Shown here piece after piece: positions 50,655 through 62,112 of a stretch of DNA of 64,000 nt. The translations under genes and the position numbers were made by a program. This DNA is from Selaginella moellendorffii (lineage: Eukaryota; Plantae; Lycopodiophyta): positions 1,124,769 to 1,188,768 of the forward strand of contig NW_003314311.1 of NCBI RefSeq assembly GCF_000143415.4, read 5' to 3'. Within the stretch, counting starts at the first letter, position 1. Each line of letters opens with the position of its first letter. The notes below the pieces were generated by a model, which was not told the origin of the DNA, did no database searches, and saw only the letters and a list, made by a program, of their open reading frames with translations.

Positions 50655-50770
50655 GAGGGGCGCATAGCCTTGGCACAAGCTGGGATCGTTAATTGCTCTC
50701 GCCATTTGCGGCACATGCACCTAGCCTGGCACAGCTTGATTCCTGACAGCCTGAAGAAGACGAGCTGCCA
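50655..50770 (-). pseudogene. F-box gene fragment
   Basis: LVFFRLSGIKLCQARCMCRKWRE matches the N-terminus of 52154-53203, then frameshifts and ends. Confidence 0.75.
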
Positions 50771-52153
50771 CCCTCCTCTTCGCCACATCCTACTTGATAA
50801 TTTTGATAGACTTAAGGGTGCGCTTTATAAACGCATTCGTGATTCCAAATGATGTGACGAGAATGAGCTAGAGGCCTTGACAGAAAAGGTGAGCGGCAGG
50901 CTCGGAACTGTCACCTGACAGGGTAGAGTGCAGTGGCGCTTACCAAGCCAAATGGCTCCGATGATCTCGGTTACTACCGCCATGGCCAACTTTGGTGAGC
51001 GAACCTAGCCAGAATAATAATCAACGCGTCGATTCATCATAGGATGAACAAGTATCAGTTCATGCAGATGGTTGCCAAGCATTCCGTGCTTACACGTGTC
51101 CATCGCAGGTACGATGAAAGCTTGAAAGCGGGCTTAATAAGCTATGCCTTATGGGCTATGACTGGAAGTATTGGACCGTCTTTGACCACAGTTCTTCTTC
51201 TGGTGTTGTGTTACAGAACAAGAAACATAGCAAACGAGAAATGTTTTATCACCATATACAAAACCTTACATAACTTGAATATATATATAGAAGAGGAGGA
51301 AACAACAATGTATGTAGACATTGTGTTTCCAACGTATACACCGACACTCGACTTCCCAGGGTTGTTCCTTTTGGCAAATTTATCACCACCAATCATGTTG
51401 CAGCTTCATGAGAAATGGTCACACAATCAGCAAGAATGAAGATATTTTGTAACACTTATATGGTGATAAAACATTTCCAACTTGCTACTCTCCGCAGTCT
51501 CATAACCACAAGCTTCGAAACCAGTTCGGCTGCAAAGTCACAACTTTCTTCTGTTTCATATTCATTCATATAGTTCAAGTAGTACTAACCGCGACACAGC
51601 TTCAAAAATCACTGCCACGTCCCCACTCCAGCTCAAACGTAGAAATTGTTTCAAGATTACATAGGCACAAACATAATCTCACCAACCTGAAATAGAACAT
51701 TATAACTCTGGCCGAAGATGGCTGGCGCAAGATTCACCGAGCGACTAAGCAATTCGAGCGCATTGCACAGTGCACGGCTTGAGATCGATCGACCGAAACT
51801 AATAAATCCGCGAGCGCAGGCTACTTCACAAAGAGAGAAGTACCCATTATTACCATTTGAGCTCCCAAGACCACCAAGCCGGTAGACCAAAATCTCTCCT
51901 GCCTTGGCACAATCATGAAACTCATCGGAAGACAAACCTTTTCTTGCTTCTGTGGAAGGAGGCGCGTTTATCACACCCGGAAATTCGGCACCACTTTTCT
52001 TCCTCTCGCGAACTTTGCACACTTTTCGTCAGTGTCACAAACATGCTCAATCTTGTTTTTCCCAAAGCAGCGATTTACCACCCGATGCCGATCATCACAG
52101 CACTAGCTCACAGCTCCTGGATCTTCTTCGAGAAGAGCTCCCAGTTTTCAGCA

Positions 52154-53203
52154 CTAACAAGAGAACCAAGCAAGCTCCTTGAATCCTGTCACACCGTCGG
52201 GCGCCTCCTCCAATGACCAGCTCCTGGAATCGACTCCAAAGTGCACAATCCGCGAGTTAACCCGGTCAACCAGCCATATACTGTTGCTCCCATCAGTGCA
52301 CACCTCTCTCGCTCTCACCAGCAAATCATCAAACTCTTCGTCTCGCCTCGAAACAATCTCCCACTTGTCTCCCCGCCTCTCAGCGACAATCAGCCCCTCG
52401 CGATCTTCCGCCTGCCCTTCGTCAGTAACCACGAACAGCCGATCCCGATCCAGCTGAAGCAAGGACCACGTCTCTCCGAACTCCAACTCGCGGCTATCAA
52501 GCTTGAAGATGCGCCAGGAATCATGCCACACGTTGTATCTCGCGAGGCTCCAGGTATCCGTGCACAGCACCACCACCTCGCCGTGATCCAGGATCGGATA
52601 GAACCCATTCTCGTCGAGCATGGCCCCTGAGTCTGGGTAGTCTTCGTTCTCACGCAAGGACCACTCGCCCGACGCCGAGTCGTAGATGTAGAAGGCGAGC
52701 GATGGCCGGTCGAAGCTAGCGACGCAAAACTCTCGCGTGGATCGATCCCTCTCGCGGCAGTACACCGTCAAGTCCGTGTCATGGTTGCTCACTGGCGGCA
52801 AAGGAACTCTCACCGGGGAGGAGTTGAGATCGCTGTAGCGCCACACGAAGATGGAGGATGGCGCCCACCACTTCGCAAAGGTGGCCAGGCACAGCAAGCC
52901 CGCGTCGGTGCTGGCGATGGTCATGTCCGTGGGGAGCGTCTGGAAGTGGCGCCACTCGCAGCGCGGGGAATTCGGCTCCACCGGCTTGACAAGGAGGGAT
53001 CCAGAGTCGAGGAGGAGGCAGAGGTGAGGGATGCAGCGGTGGGAGCGCGCGTAGCCTTGGCGGAAGCTGGGATCGTCGATTGCTCGTCGCCATTCGCGGC
53101 ACACGCACCTGGCCTGGCACAGATCGATCGCCGACAGCCTGAAGAAGACGAGCTCCAGCTCTGCCACGAATCTGCCGCTGGAGATCGCTCCTCTTTGCGG
53201 CAT
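52154..53203 (-). CDS. Intronless F-box protein with probable beta-propeller (kelch/FBA-like) C-terminus, 349 aa
   Basis: F-box signature ELVFFRLSAIDLCQARCVCREWRRAI..PSF; ASTDAGLLCL, IYDSASGEWS, YNVWHDSW repeats; GC-rich open frame. Confidence 0.88.
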   Translation of the reverse strand: MPQRGAISSGRFVAELELVFFRLSAIDLCQARCVCREWRRAIDDPSFRQGYARSHRCIPHLCLLLDSGSLLVKPVEPNSPRCEWRHFQTLPTDMTIASTDAGLLCLATFAKWWAPSSIFVWRYSDLNSSPVRVPLPPVSNHDTDLTVYCRERDRSTREFCVASFDRPSLAFYIYDSASGEWSLRENEDYPDSGAMLDENGFYPILDHGEVVVLCTDTWSLARYNVWHDSWRIFKLDSRELEFGETWSLLQLDRDRLFVVTDEGQAEDREGLIVAERRGDKWEIVSRRDEEFDDLLVRAREVCTDGSNSIWLVDRVNSRIVHFGVDSRSWSLEEAPDGVTGFKELAWFSC

Positions 53204-54325
53204 CCTGCGTGCCCTAGGGCGGGAATGTAACCTTGTGCCCTAATTCTAATTGCAAGCCAAAGTATAATCTGGTATATCTAGCTGTTTATAAATTATAAAC
53301 ATATTTATAATTTAAACACTCCAAGTATATTTTTTATATTCTTTGGTTGATATGGCTTTTGCAGGTTTTGTAACCCTCTCCAAATAGTACTGAATGATAG
53401 CATTGATATTATATTTGAAGTGATGGCTCTAGAAGATCTACAGGAAGCTCATCTTGAGTGTTGCAAGCAGGTAGGAAGCTCGTCTAATCTCTGCTTCATG
53501 GTCAGCATCTCAAGCATGTCAATCAGGCAGTGGAGCTCAAGTAGCATTCCTATGTGGAGAGAATGCAAAAGATCACTTCTTTTGTTGCTAGTCCCTTCCA
53601 AGCCTACAACCTCCTTCTAAACAGTGCTGTGCAAATCCTGCCCATTGAGCCCAACCACCTGGGTGGTGATCATGGGATGATTGTAACGCTACTGCCTTAT
53701 AGAGGTGCTGCTGTTCTTGGAGAGTGGAGATTGGATTGGACCGGTCAAAGGACTTACCCGCCCATGGGCGATCGTTGTTTTCCTCCTGATCTGGGATTTT
53801 CCACGTTCATCCGTCAGAGTCATTCCACAATCTTCACACCCGAACCGTTAGATTTTGAATGGACGGATTAAATTTAACAGCTATCTTATGCAAGAAAAGA
53901 CTCTGCAGTTCACATAAAGCACCAAAGAGACCCCACAAAGAATATGAAAAGATTCTGTTTCTCTCATCCTTTACACAATAAGGGATACAAAATCGATCAA
54001 GAAAACTCCCTCTGCTACTGATTTCAGCTGCTAGCGATGGAAGATCCAGCGACTCATCACCAGCGCCATTCTAAAATAGCGAATTTGCCCCGGTATATTT
54101 CTTGGTTTGTAAGCTTGCTGAAACGTAGTAGATGTAATTGCAATGTCTCCAGTCTCTGTGCGAATCTTACAATAAAAATCTAACATAGATCAAACTCAGG
54201 ATGAAATTTTAATATCATTTCGAAAATATTTTAAAAAATTATAAATCCTACGTTCAGTATTTAAATAAATAACCAAATGCCGCAATCAGCAAATTATTCA
54301 TGAGTTGAATCTTTGATTCTTTCCT

Positions 54326-54636
54326 TTATGGGATGCAACAGGAGGGTGGCTGGCGACTCTTCGGTCGAAAATCTCAATCGACTGCTAGAAAATTGAGCAA
54401 TAGAAAACTAAAAGACTTTCACACGAAAACTTACCAGGAAATTGCCAGTCCGCATTTGAAGGGGAGTGCAGCAGTTTTTGCATTCTCCACACATTTCGAC
54501 GCTCGCTGACTGTGAATGGTGCAGTGGTTGATGAAGAACTATCAAAGAGCACACGAGTAGCACCTGCCAAGTGAAGCTCCAAATGTAGTAGTATCACCAT
54601 CGCCATGATAAAAGCCTTATGAAATCTCCTCCTCAT
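54326..54636 (-). pseudogene. Peptide family member 2 (exon 1 54636-54435; ends DFRPKSRQPPSCCIP); premature TGA with the first acceptor
   Basis: Same signal peptide and phase-1 intron. Acceptor at 54385 gives AVD*DFRP...; an alternative GAG acceptor just before the motif would bypass the stop. Confidence 0.65.
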
Positions 54637-54839
54637 CCTTTCTGACCCATCTCTCCCAGCACTATCCATTTAAAGCTGCAATGTAGCATGCGGTGTATTG
54701 ACTAGCCCACTAGGCAATGGCAAATTCTTACTCGTAAGCTTCTTCGTTAAAAGGCAAGCTTTTTCGCAAAGAAAGCAGTTAAAATTTAAAACTCGTGGTT
54801 ATCCGCCTGAAAAAGGAGATTGAAGATTTGTCACTAGGA

Positions 54840-56580
54840 CACAATGTTGAAGGATTGGTCTTGGATACTAAGTATAGTATCTTTGACTTTGGTTAGCTTG
54901 GTTGCAAGAGAGTTTTGAGTGGTGATTCACTCTTGCTTTCTTTTAGCTTTGTTCTGATGTTGATGGCATTGAGGTGATGCCTTGTCATTGATATTATTGA
55001 TGTTGAGATTCAGGTGAGATGATATATCTATCCTTAGGATTGATATTGAGTTTCATTGCTCTCGATGAAGATAGTGTTGATGATTTGGCCATAGCTTTGT
55101 GTTATTGGCATTCGTGCATTTGTTAGTTAACAACTGTGTTGACGTTCAAACAAACTGAGTGGCAAGTTTGAGTTAGTTGTGTTCTAGATGAGATTATTTA
55201 GTAGAGGTTGAGCTTTGGCTTTTCCTTGAAAAGTGATTCAGTCGTGGACTATGCTAACTCTACAAGTGGAAGAGTTAGTGATCGATATTGGAATGTTTGA
55301 ATCCTGCTTGGATTTGAGTTGGAATATATCGATCATTGATGATTCTTTTTTGTGCTTGTTATGAAGTGAGTTACGTCTTGCTATAGATGGATTCATGGAG
55401 GATCGTTTGGTGATCACTTGTTGAGCATAGCTTCATTATGCTTAGCTTTTGGATTGATGCAGATATGCTCTTCATTAACTTTGGCATTATGAAGTTTAGC
55501 TTATGGATGTGTTGAGGAGGATATTGTGGGTTGTACCATGGTTTCTTCTTTACCATTGAAATTGGTTCATGCGAAACTTGTGATCATTGTTAGGCAAGAC
55601 TTGGCTATAGACTTCTTCGAGCTTTTGGTTCTTTGAGTTTTATGCTTATTGTTCCATTTGTTAGAAGTTGTTGGGGAAGGCATTTTAGCTTGTTAGCTTC
55701 GATGTTGAAGTTGGCTCTTGCATTTGGCAATCATTGGTAATGATTGACTGTCATCTAGGATATTGATTATCCTTGTCAAAAGTGTTGCTTGGTTATTGTT
55801 GATATAGAATGATTCGCTGTTTTTCGGGATGGTAGATTCTTTTTTCAACGATGATTCAGCATCTCTTTATTGATGGGATGATTGATGTTCTTTCATGATG
55901 GTTAGTTGTTCTCCTTAGTGGCTTTTGGATTTTTGCAATACCACATGTTCTTTGTGGTTTGCTCTGGATTGGTCTTTTGGGTTTGAGACGTCGGTAGGAT
56001 GTTGCTGACACTTGCTTGAGCAACTCTAGTTCCTTGGTATTATTGACCAGAATCTATAAAGATTAGCTAGTGCAATAGTTAGCATGAACGAGTGTTTGTT
56101 GACCATGCAACATTCATTCTATTCTGTTGATTGTTGCTCGAGTTAGCTTTGATAGATTCAGATGTTATTTCCTTCGGGTACTACATTCGCGAGCATTTTG
56201 CTTGCTAGTCGATGATCCTTTGTGTACTATGAGTTATCTTTCGTAAGTTGTTTGGCATACTGTCTGCCATCTTCGATAGTTAGATTTCATCATTGAGTTT
56301 CCTTGATGATATACTAGCTATTGAATTTTGTTGGCTGGTGAATCCTATGTTTTCCAGATCTTGGTGGTTCCTATACTCTACTATTCGTTTATCAGATGAT
56401 AACTTACTTGGAATACTTTTGTGTTCTAATCTAAGATTTAATCATTGGTAATTAAGTCTCTAAGATATCATTGTTTATGACTTTGATATTGTCCATCTAT
56501 TGATCTTTGAGTTTGGGCCAGTATAGGCAGACTGGCTTCGACACTTTGTGTGCATGGTGAAATCTCTAGTCATGGGGTAG
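54840..56580. mobile_element. Probable highly degenerate transposon remnant
   Basis: No ORFs, strong T/G strand skew like the gag remnant at 58.1-59 kb; it interrupts the upstream homology of peptide member 2. No motif recognised. Confidence 0.3.
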
Positions 56581-57025
56581 CTACTGTCAACTGGTCACAT
56601 AACCCGCCTCTCTGTCGATGTTCCTTATTCCATTAAAAGGGCGTGACCGTGTAAACAACTCTAACTGCCTATTTACAGTAGTCTATCTAAACCTTACCGA
56701 CGGGTTTGGTTTCTTTGTTTAGGAGGGTTGGGGCCTCTGGCTTCTCTCTCTATGTTCCTGCGGGCAGGGCATATCACACTTTTGTAAGCTGGGTGACTCC
56801 CAGAGCAGCAAGGGTGGCTGAATCCGTTGGTCATTTCCTTGTCGGCGACGGCCGGAAGGTGTCTGAGCTGGTAGCGCATCCACGTTAGACAAAGAGGTTG
56901 CTCCTTAACTCATTTAAGTTGGTGCATTTCTCACATAGTGTGAGTACCGTGAACTTTTTCTGGAGTTGTTTCTTTGGCGGTATTCTAGACTCGAGTATGC
57001 ATCGACGAGGACGTCGATCTTCCCT

Positions 57026-57830
57026 AAGGGGGGGAGAGTGTCGCGAATGTGACTTCGGGTATCGAAAGTTACCTGTCGGCTAGTCCTTTCAGATATTCTT
57101 TCCTTATTGCCATGATGGCAAGAGGTCGGTATTGCTGGGCCCGTTATCAGTCTCCGCCTAAGCTAGTTGAGAAACTGGTCTTCGCGTGTGCACTTGACCA
57201 GATGGGCATAAGGACGGAATTCCTACGTGCTATTTGTCAAGCATACTTGACCTGGTTAGAGAAACTCATTCGTTGACTTGCACTTGCTAGTGTTGGGAAC
57301 CCCTGCGATATTGAGTTTGGTCCCTCAATATCGTTAGATGATAGCTTACCGTGTCTGCCAAACACCCTTGCTATCATGCCCTTTGTGTTGGTCTCATTTC
57401 AGTCCCAAATGCTATTTATGGAAAGTGTCCAGATTTGCTCATTTGGCATATCTACGGAATGTAGAAATTGTCCTGAACACAATGGTGTTCGTCCCGTGTC
57501 CAAATTCGCAATCTAAGGACATTCCATATTTAGTAAGTTTTGAGCTTGTCCCAGAGACTAACTCTTGATACTAAGGGAGGGTTGGGGTGAAAGCCCAAAG
57601 CGTGTGTTCCTCAAGGGGGGGGGGGGCTGTGGGGGGTTCCAAATGTATAGTAGGGATAGTGGGTAGGTCGGGCATGGCCATCCAACCTGAGGCATAGTCT
57701 AACTCCCGCTTGCGTGCCTGTCCTTGTTCTGCGTCCGGCTTGGGGCTAAGCCCAAGTTCCATTCCATGCTAGTTGGTGGAGTACCCATGTCCTCGCGTTA
57801 GGCCACCGGTATGCCGAAATAGTGCCAGAC
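57026..57830 (+). mobile_element. PPT plus partial LTR of a second, related gypsy family (3' end not defined)
   Basis: AAGGGGGGGAGAG then TGTCGCG at 57039; blocks at 57553-57670 and 57781-57806 are homologous to the copy A/B LTR. Confidence 0.7.
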
Positions 57831-58389
57831 TCCGTTTGGCTCCGTTTTGCGTGCTGGTCCTGGCATTGGGATGCTGGTTACTCTAGGACTGTTCCAAGTT
57901 GCTCCGGGCCCCTGTCCCTTCGCTCCTTGGGCTTTATGCTTGGGAGTTGCTCCGTGGTTCAGTTCCATCACTCTTTGGCTCCATGCTTGGGAGTTTGGCA
58001 CCGTTCCTTCGTTCAGCGGCCCAAGGCCCTGAACCTCGGGTTCCTATGGACACGTGGCATGTGACACGTGGCATTTGTCACGTGGCACAAAGAGGGTTTA
58101 GGTTCCGCTTCGTGGTGTTATCTTATGGTAAATCACTATAGGATAAAGGGTCAAAACCACGTGCGCTACATTGTCGATCATTGTAGTTGTTGTTGTAGTC
58201 GTTATTGTAATTGTTGTAGTTGTTGTAGCAAGGTTGATCATTCCATTGTCGACTTTGGTGTTGGAAGTTGTTTCTTGGTAGTCTCCAGTTTGTCGGAGGT
58301 TGTGCCTGGTAATTGTCGAAGTATTGATTTGGATATGGTTGTCGAAACTGCTGTCGGGGATAGTTTGAGACTTGTCGAACTTCTGGAGA

Positions 58390-58520
58390 ATTTCGAAATC
58401 TGCAAGTCTTGGCATCATGACCTTCTTTGGTACAGATCTGGCATTTGGAGATTTAGAGCTTGCAGTCACTTGCTAGATGTCCTTCGTTCTTGCACTTAGC
58501 ACACCAAATTCCAGATCAAA
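58390..58520 (-). pseudogene. Gag remnant with two CCHC zinc knuckles
   Basis: Minus strand reads WCAKCKNEGHLASDCKL*ISKCQICTKEGHDAKTCRFR. Confidence 0.8.
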
Positions 58521-60169
58521 ATTCTTTGATGTCGGCCTTGGCTTTTCCCTTGAGCTTGTCGATTGTTTTCCTGAGTTTTCGAAGTTTTGACTTGGTGCTC
58601 TCTCTAAGTTCATCATTGGAGTTGTCGTCGGAACTGCTATCAGAATCTGAGTTATCTGTGTCATCTACTTGTGCTGTCATTCGTCGAGCTTGAACATCTT
58701 GAAGGGCTCTTGCGAGTTCGAGATAAGTGGCAACGTTGATGTGTGTTGCCGCTTCTCAGAGGGATCGTCGTAGGCCTTGCATGTACCATTGGTAAAGTAA
58801 TGTTTCGGTGGCACTGTTGCCGCATTTGTTGGCATGTCGAGTGAAGGTTTGAGTGTAGTCGTCGATGGATTGACCAGACTTCTGCTTGAGTTTTTGGATC
58901 TTGTGAAGTCATTGGCTTTGAGTGAGGGAAGACTTGAATCGGTCTACGAGCTTGAGTGTGAGGTCGTCAAAACTTGTATTTGAGGAAGTGTTTGAGCCCA
59001 TTCGTTGGCTCTATTTCGAAGGGTACATCAGAAGTAGTATGGAAGTTCGGTCGTCTGACCGTTGATTGTTAAGGACTGATCACCGGGAGAGTGAGAGAGA
59101 GAGAGGGAATATTCTGGTCCTCAGAATATTCCCCGTCTTCCTTGTATAAAACCCTTGCCTCACAAGGGCGAGGGGGGGCATTTTTGCAGAGAGCAGTGAA
59201 GCATTTCTCGTGTTTGAGCGAGCGTTGGGGGAGGCGCCCCTCCTTTCCCCAACAAATGGTGAACCCAGCGTGACGTGCAGGACTTTCTGAAGCGTCATTT
59301 CTCTCTTTTCTTTTGGCCGCAGAGTTTGGGAAGGAATTCCTTGTTCATTTTGCGGTGGTTTTCTTTGATCTTGAGTGTGTTGGATAGGTCTGGAGCTCCT
59401 CTTTCCAGCAAGGTATGGCGCTCATCAAGCCGTGCAGTATTTGAAGAGATACAACGTTTCTTGGCTCGGTCGGATGAGCATTTTGGGGTTTTCACTTTCT
59501 CGCCTGGATCCTCGGCCGAATTTCTCAAGGTAGTGCATTTGGGTTTGTAGATCTGGCCTAGATCTATGAGTAGTGGTAGTTCTTGGCACTAGATTTGGGA
59601 GAATTGACGGCATGCAAAAGGATTTTCTTCTCCGGCTAGATTGGGTTATCTTTGTGGTAGGAATTCATGCTCCTCCAGGCTTGGTTTTGGATGCCGTTTA
59701 TTTCTAGAGGTGCTCCTGGTCCTAGGCTTTCGAGAAGTACCAACGGCGCCTTAGTGTCGATCTACATCATGGACATGCACATGTTTTTCCATAATGTTGG
59801 CGTTCTGGGCTACCTCTTCGTGGATTTTAGGGAATATTGAGGCAGTTTCTTCCCAAATTCTTGCGATATAAGGTAGACGGGGCTGAGCTCTTTCCAACGA
59901 GCCCACCAACAATCAAAATGGAGAAGGATCGAGACTAGAGGACTCATTTTTCTCTTTTGGGTTAAACTTCGTTGGGGGTTCCTTGGGAACGAAGCAATCT
60001 TCAAGGAACAGGTAACCGTAGGAACAGGAACAGGAGGAGCAGGAACAAGCGTTGGCGTAGAAACAGGGACAATAGGAATAGGCACAGGGATAGGAGTTGG
60101 TGTTGGAGCAAGTGCAGGAGTAGGAGCGAGAGTAGGGGTTACCGGTTACATGTCACAGGTCCCCGGTTA

Positions 60170-60305
60170 TCGGCTACCGGCTACTCCCGCGGCTACTCCA
60201 GTGGCTGCTCCAGCGACTACCCCGATTACCGGCTACCGGCTACTCCAGTGGCTACTCCAGCGGCTACTCTAGTGGCTCCTCCAGTGGCTACTCCAGTGGC
60301 TACTT
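60170..60305. repeat. 12-bp degenerate tandem repeat (GGCTACTCCAGT)
   Basis: Directly visible; preceded by a low-complexity AGGAAC/AGGAGC tract at ~60000-60140. Confidence 0.75.
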
Positions 60306-61468
60306 CGGCGGTCGGGTCAAAGGCATTTTGAGCAACTTGAGCACTAGCCTACAGTCTTCTTACTCCTGTCAACCCAGTTGCCTTGACCGGGCATTTGCAG
60401 TGTTCAGGGTATTTGATGCCGGTACAAACTAGACGTACGACGAATTGGCACCCTTTTACCATACCTCAAGGCCCTAAGTACGGAGTAAACTTTCCAACAT
60501 CCAAAGGCAGCTTAGGTACGACACTGCACCTTCTCAGGCCGAGTCCTCTTCCTCCTCGACAGATTCCAGTGACTTAGATCTACGAGCTATGGCGCAGCCA
60601 CCCTTAGCTCGACCTCAGCTCCATGTTCTGTAGAACGGGAGTGATCTGCCGGTCTTTTCAGGTGTTGGAACAGTCTCTCCAACATCACATATTAGTCGCT
60701 TTGATTACTACTGCACGCCAGATTAAGCGCTAGCGAATGCAGCACCTCCCAAGATTAACCCCGACCCAGGATTTCATGAGACAGCCAGCCACCTTGCATT
60801 GCAACGCATTAAACGTCTCCTTGATCTCTCGACCTCAGTCACTAGATTTTATGTACGGTTGCCACCACTATTAATTGAAAATATTCGGTTCGTCCCTTAC
60901 CCCAATGCAAGAGTACTACTTCCAACGAAGCAAAGAAATACCGGGCATTGCTTTAAGGGCTAAGGCTGTTCGTTGTGCCTGCCTGAACATATGCGGAAAA
61001 ACCTTAAGTTTTATACTTTAAGTTGAAGACATTCGTAGGTTGGCACCCAAACCGGTCACCAAAGACGACCAGTGTTGCTTGAAGTATGAGGCAAAGAGAT
61101 AACCACAAGGCTATAACTAGCCTTTGACGGGGCAGTTCAATGTATTGCATGAAGTTGCAAATGCAGTACCATCACTATGTGCAAATTGGACCAAATTGAA
61201 CAGTATTCTTCTACCACCTTGCTACCGTCAACTTTGCAACTCTATAAAACTATGTGATGGATGAATGTAACTAACTGTCAAAGTGGGATTGGAACACACA
61301 CCCTCGTGAGGTTGAGTCTACCAACTTAGACCGCTTGGCCATCCTGACATTTTGCCCTACTTAACACAGGGGTGTAATCAATGAGTATTCAACCACATGG
61401 CAATGCATGCTGGCTTGTAACATGATATATAAGGCATCCAAGCAATCAGCAGGCATTATTAAGCTCTA

Positions 61469-61765
61469 GTGAAGTCTGCTTTGGTGGTATTTCTTGTTGC
61501 ATTTGCCAAAGCATTGCCTTTTTCAGCTTTATGTGGAAGGGAGCTTCTGTCTTTGGATAATTGTGTTGCTGAGCATGATTCATCAGTGGTAGAACCATTT
61601 TCTAGTTCTCTAATGCATGGGATGGATGATAATGATCATGAAGATGGGGTTCATGGCCAAAGCAAGCAGAGGAATAATACCAACAACAACAACATCAAAT
61701 CAACATTTGCAGAAAGAAGATTAGGGATCATGAACGAAAAACGTAACAAATTTAGAATAACATAG
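61469..61765 (+). other. Possible small secreted-protein ORF with GTG start (98 aa)
   Basis: TATATAA at 61426-61432; KSALVVFLVAFAKALPFSALCGRELL looks like a signal peptide plus cleavage site, but there is no ATG. Confidence 0.35.
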
Positions 61766-61855
61766 CAAATTTCATGTGTTGTCATCAACAAGGTACCAGC
61801 AGCTTCTTGACCAAAGCTTGAGGCAGCCCAGTTTTCGGCTGTGATTCTTCGTCCG

Positions 61856-62112
61856 TTAGAGGTTGTAACAGGAGGGTGGCAATCCTTGAGCAGCTGCTAG
61901 AAACTTGAGCAAGATCAGAAAGTGAAAGATTTTTATTCGAAAACTTACTAAGATACCCGTCCTCAGACTGCCACAGCTCTCCACTCATTTTGAAGCTCGT
62001 TAATTGTTGATGAAGAACTATTAAAAAGAACGCAAGTACCACCTGAGAAGTGACATTCCAAATGTAGTAGTATCACCATCGCCGTGATAAAAGCCTTATG
62101 AAATCTTCTCAT
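61856..62112 (-). pseudogene. Peptide family member 3, frameshifted
   Basis: MRRFHKAFITAMVILLHLECHFSG...; stop at 61963 before the GTAAGT donor; exon 2 remnant ...LPPSCYNL*. Confidence 0.75.

Noticed and set aside
52179-53230. Several plus-strand ORFs overlapping the F-box gene
   Set aside because: Antisense shadows of a GC-rich coding region.
59810-60331. Pro-rich and Arg-rich ORFs
   Set aside because: Products of low-complexity repeats with non-ATG starts and no domain signal.
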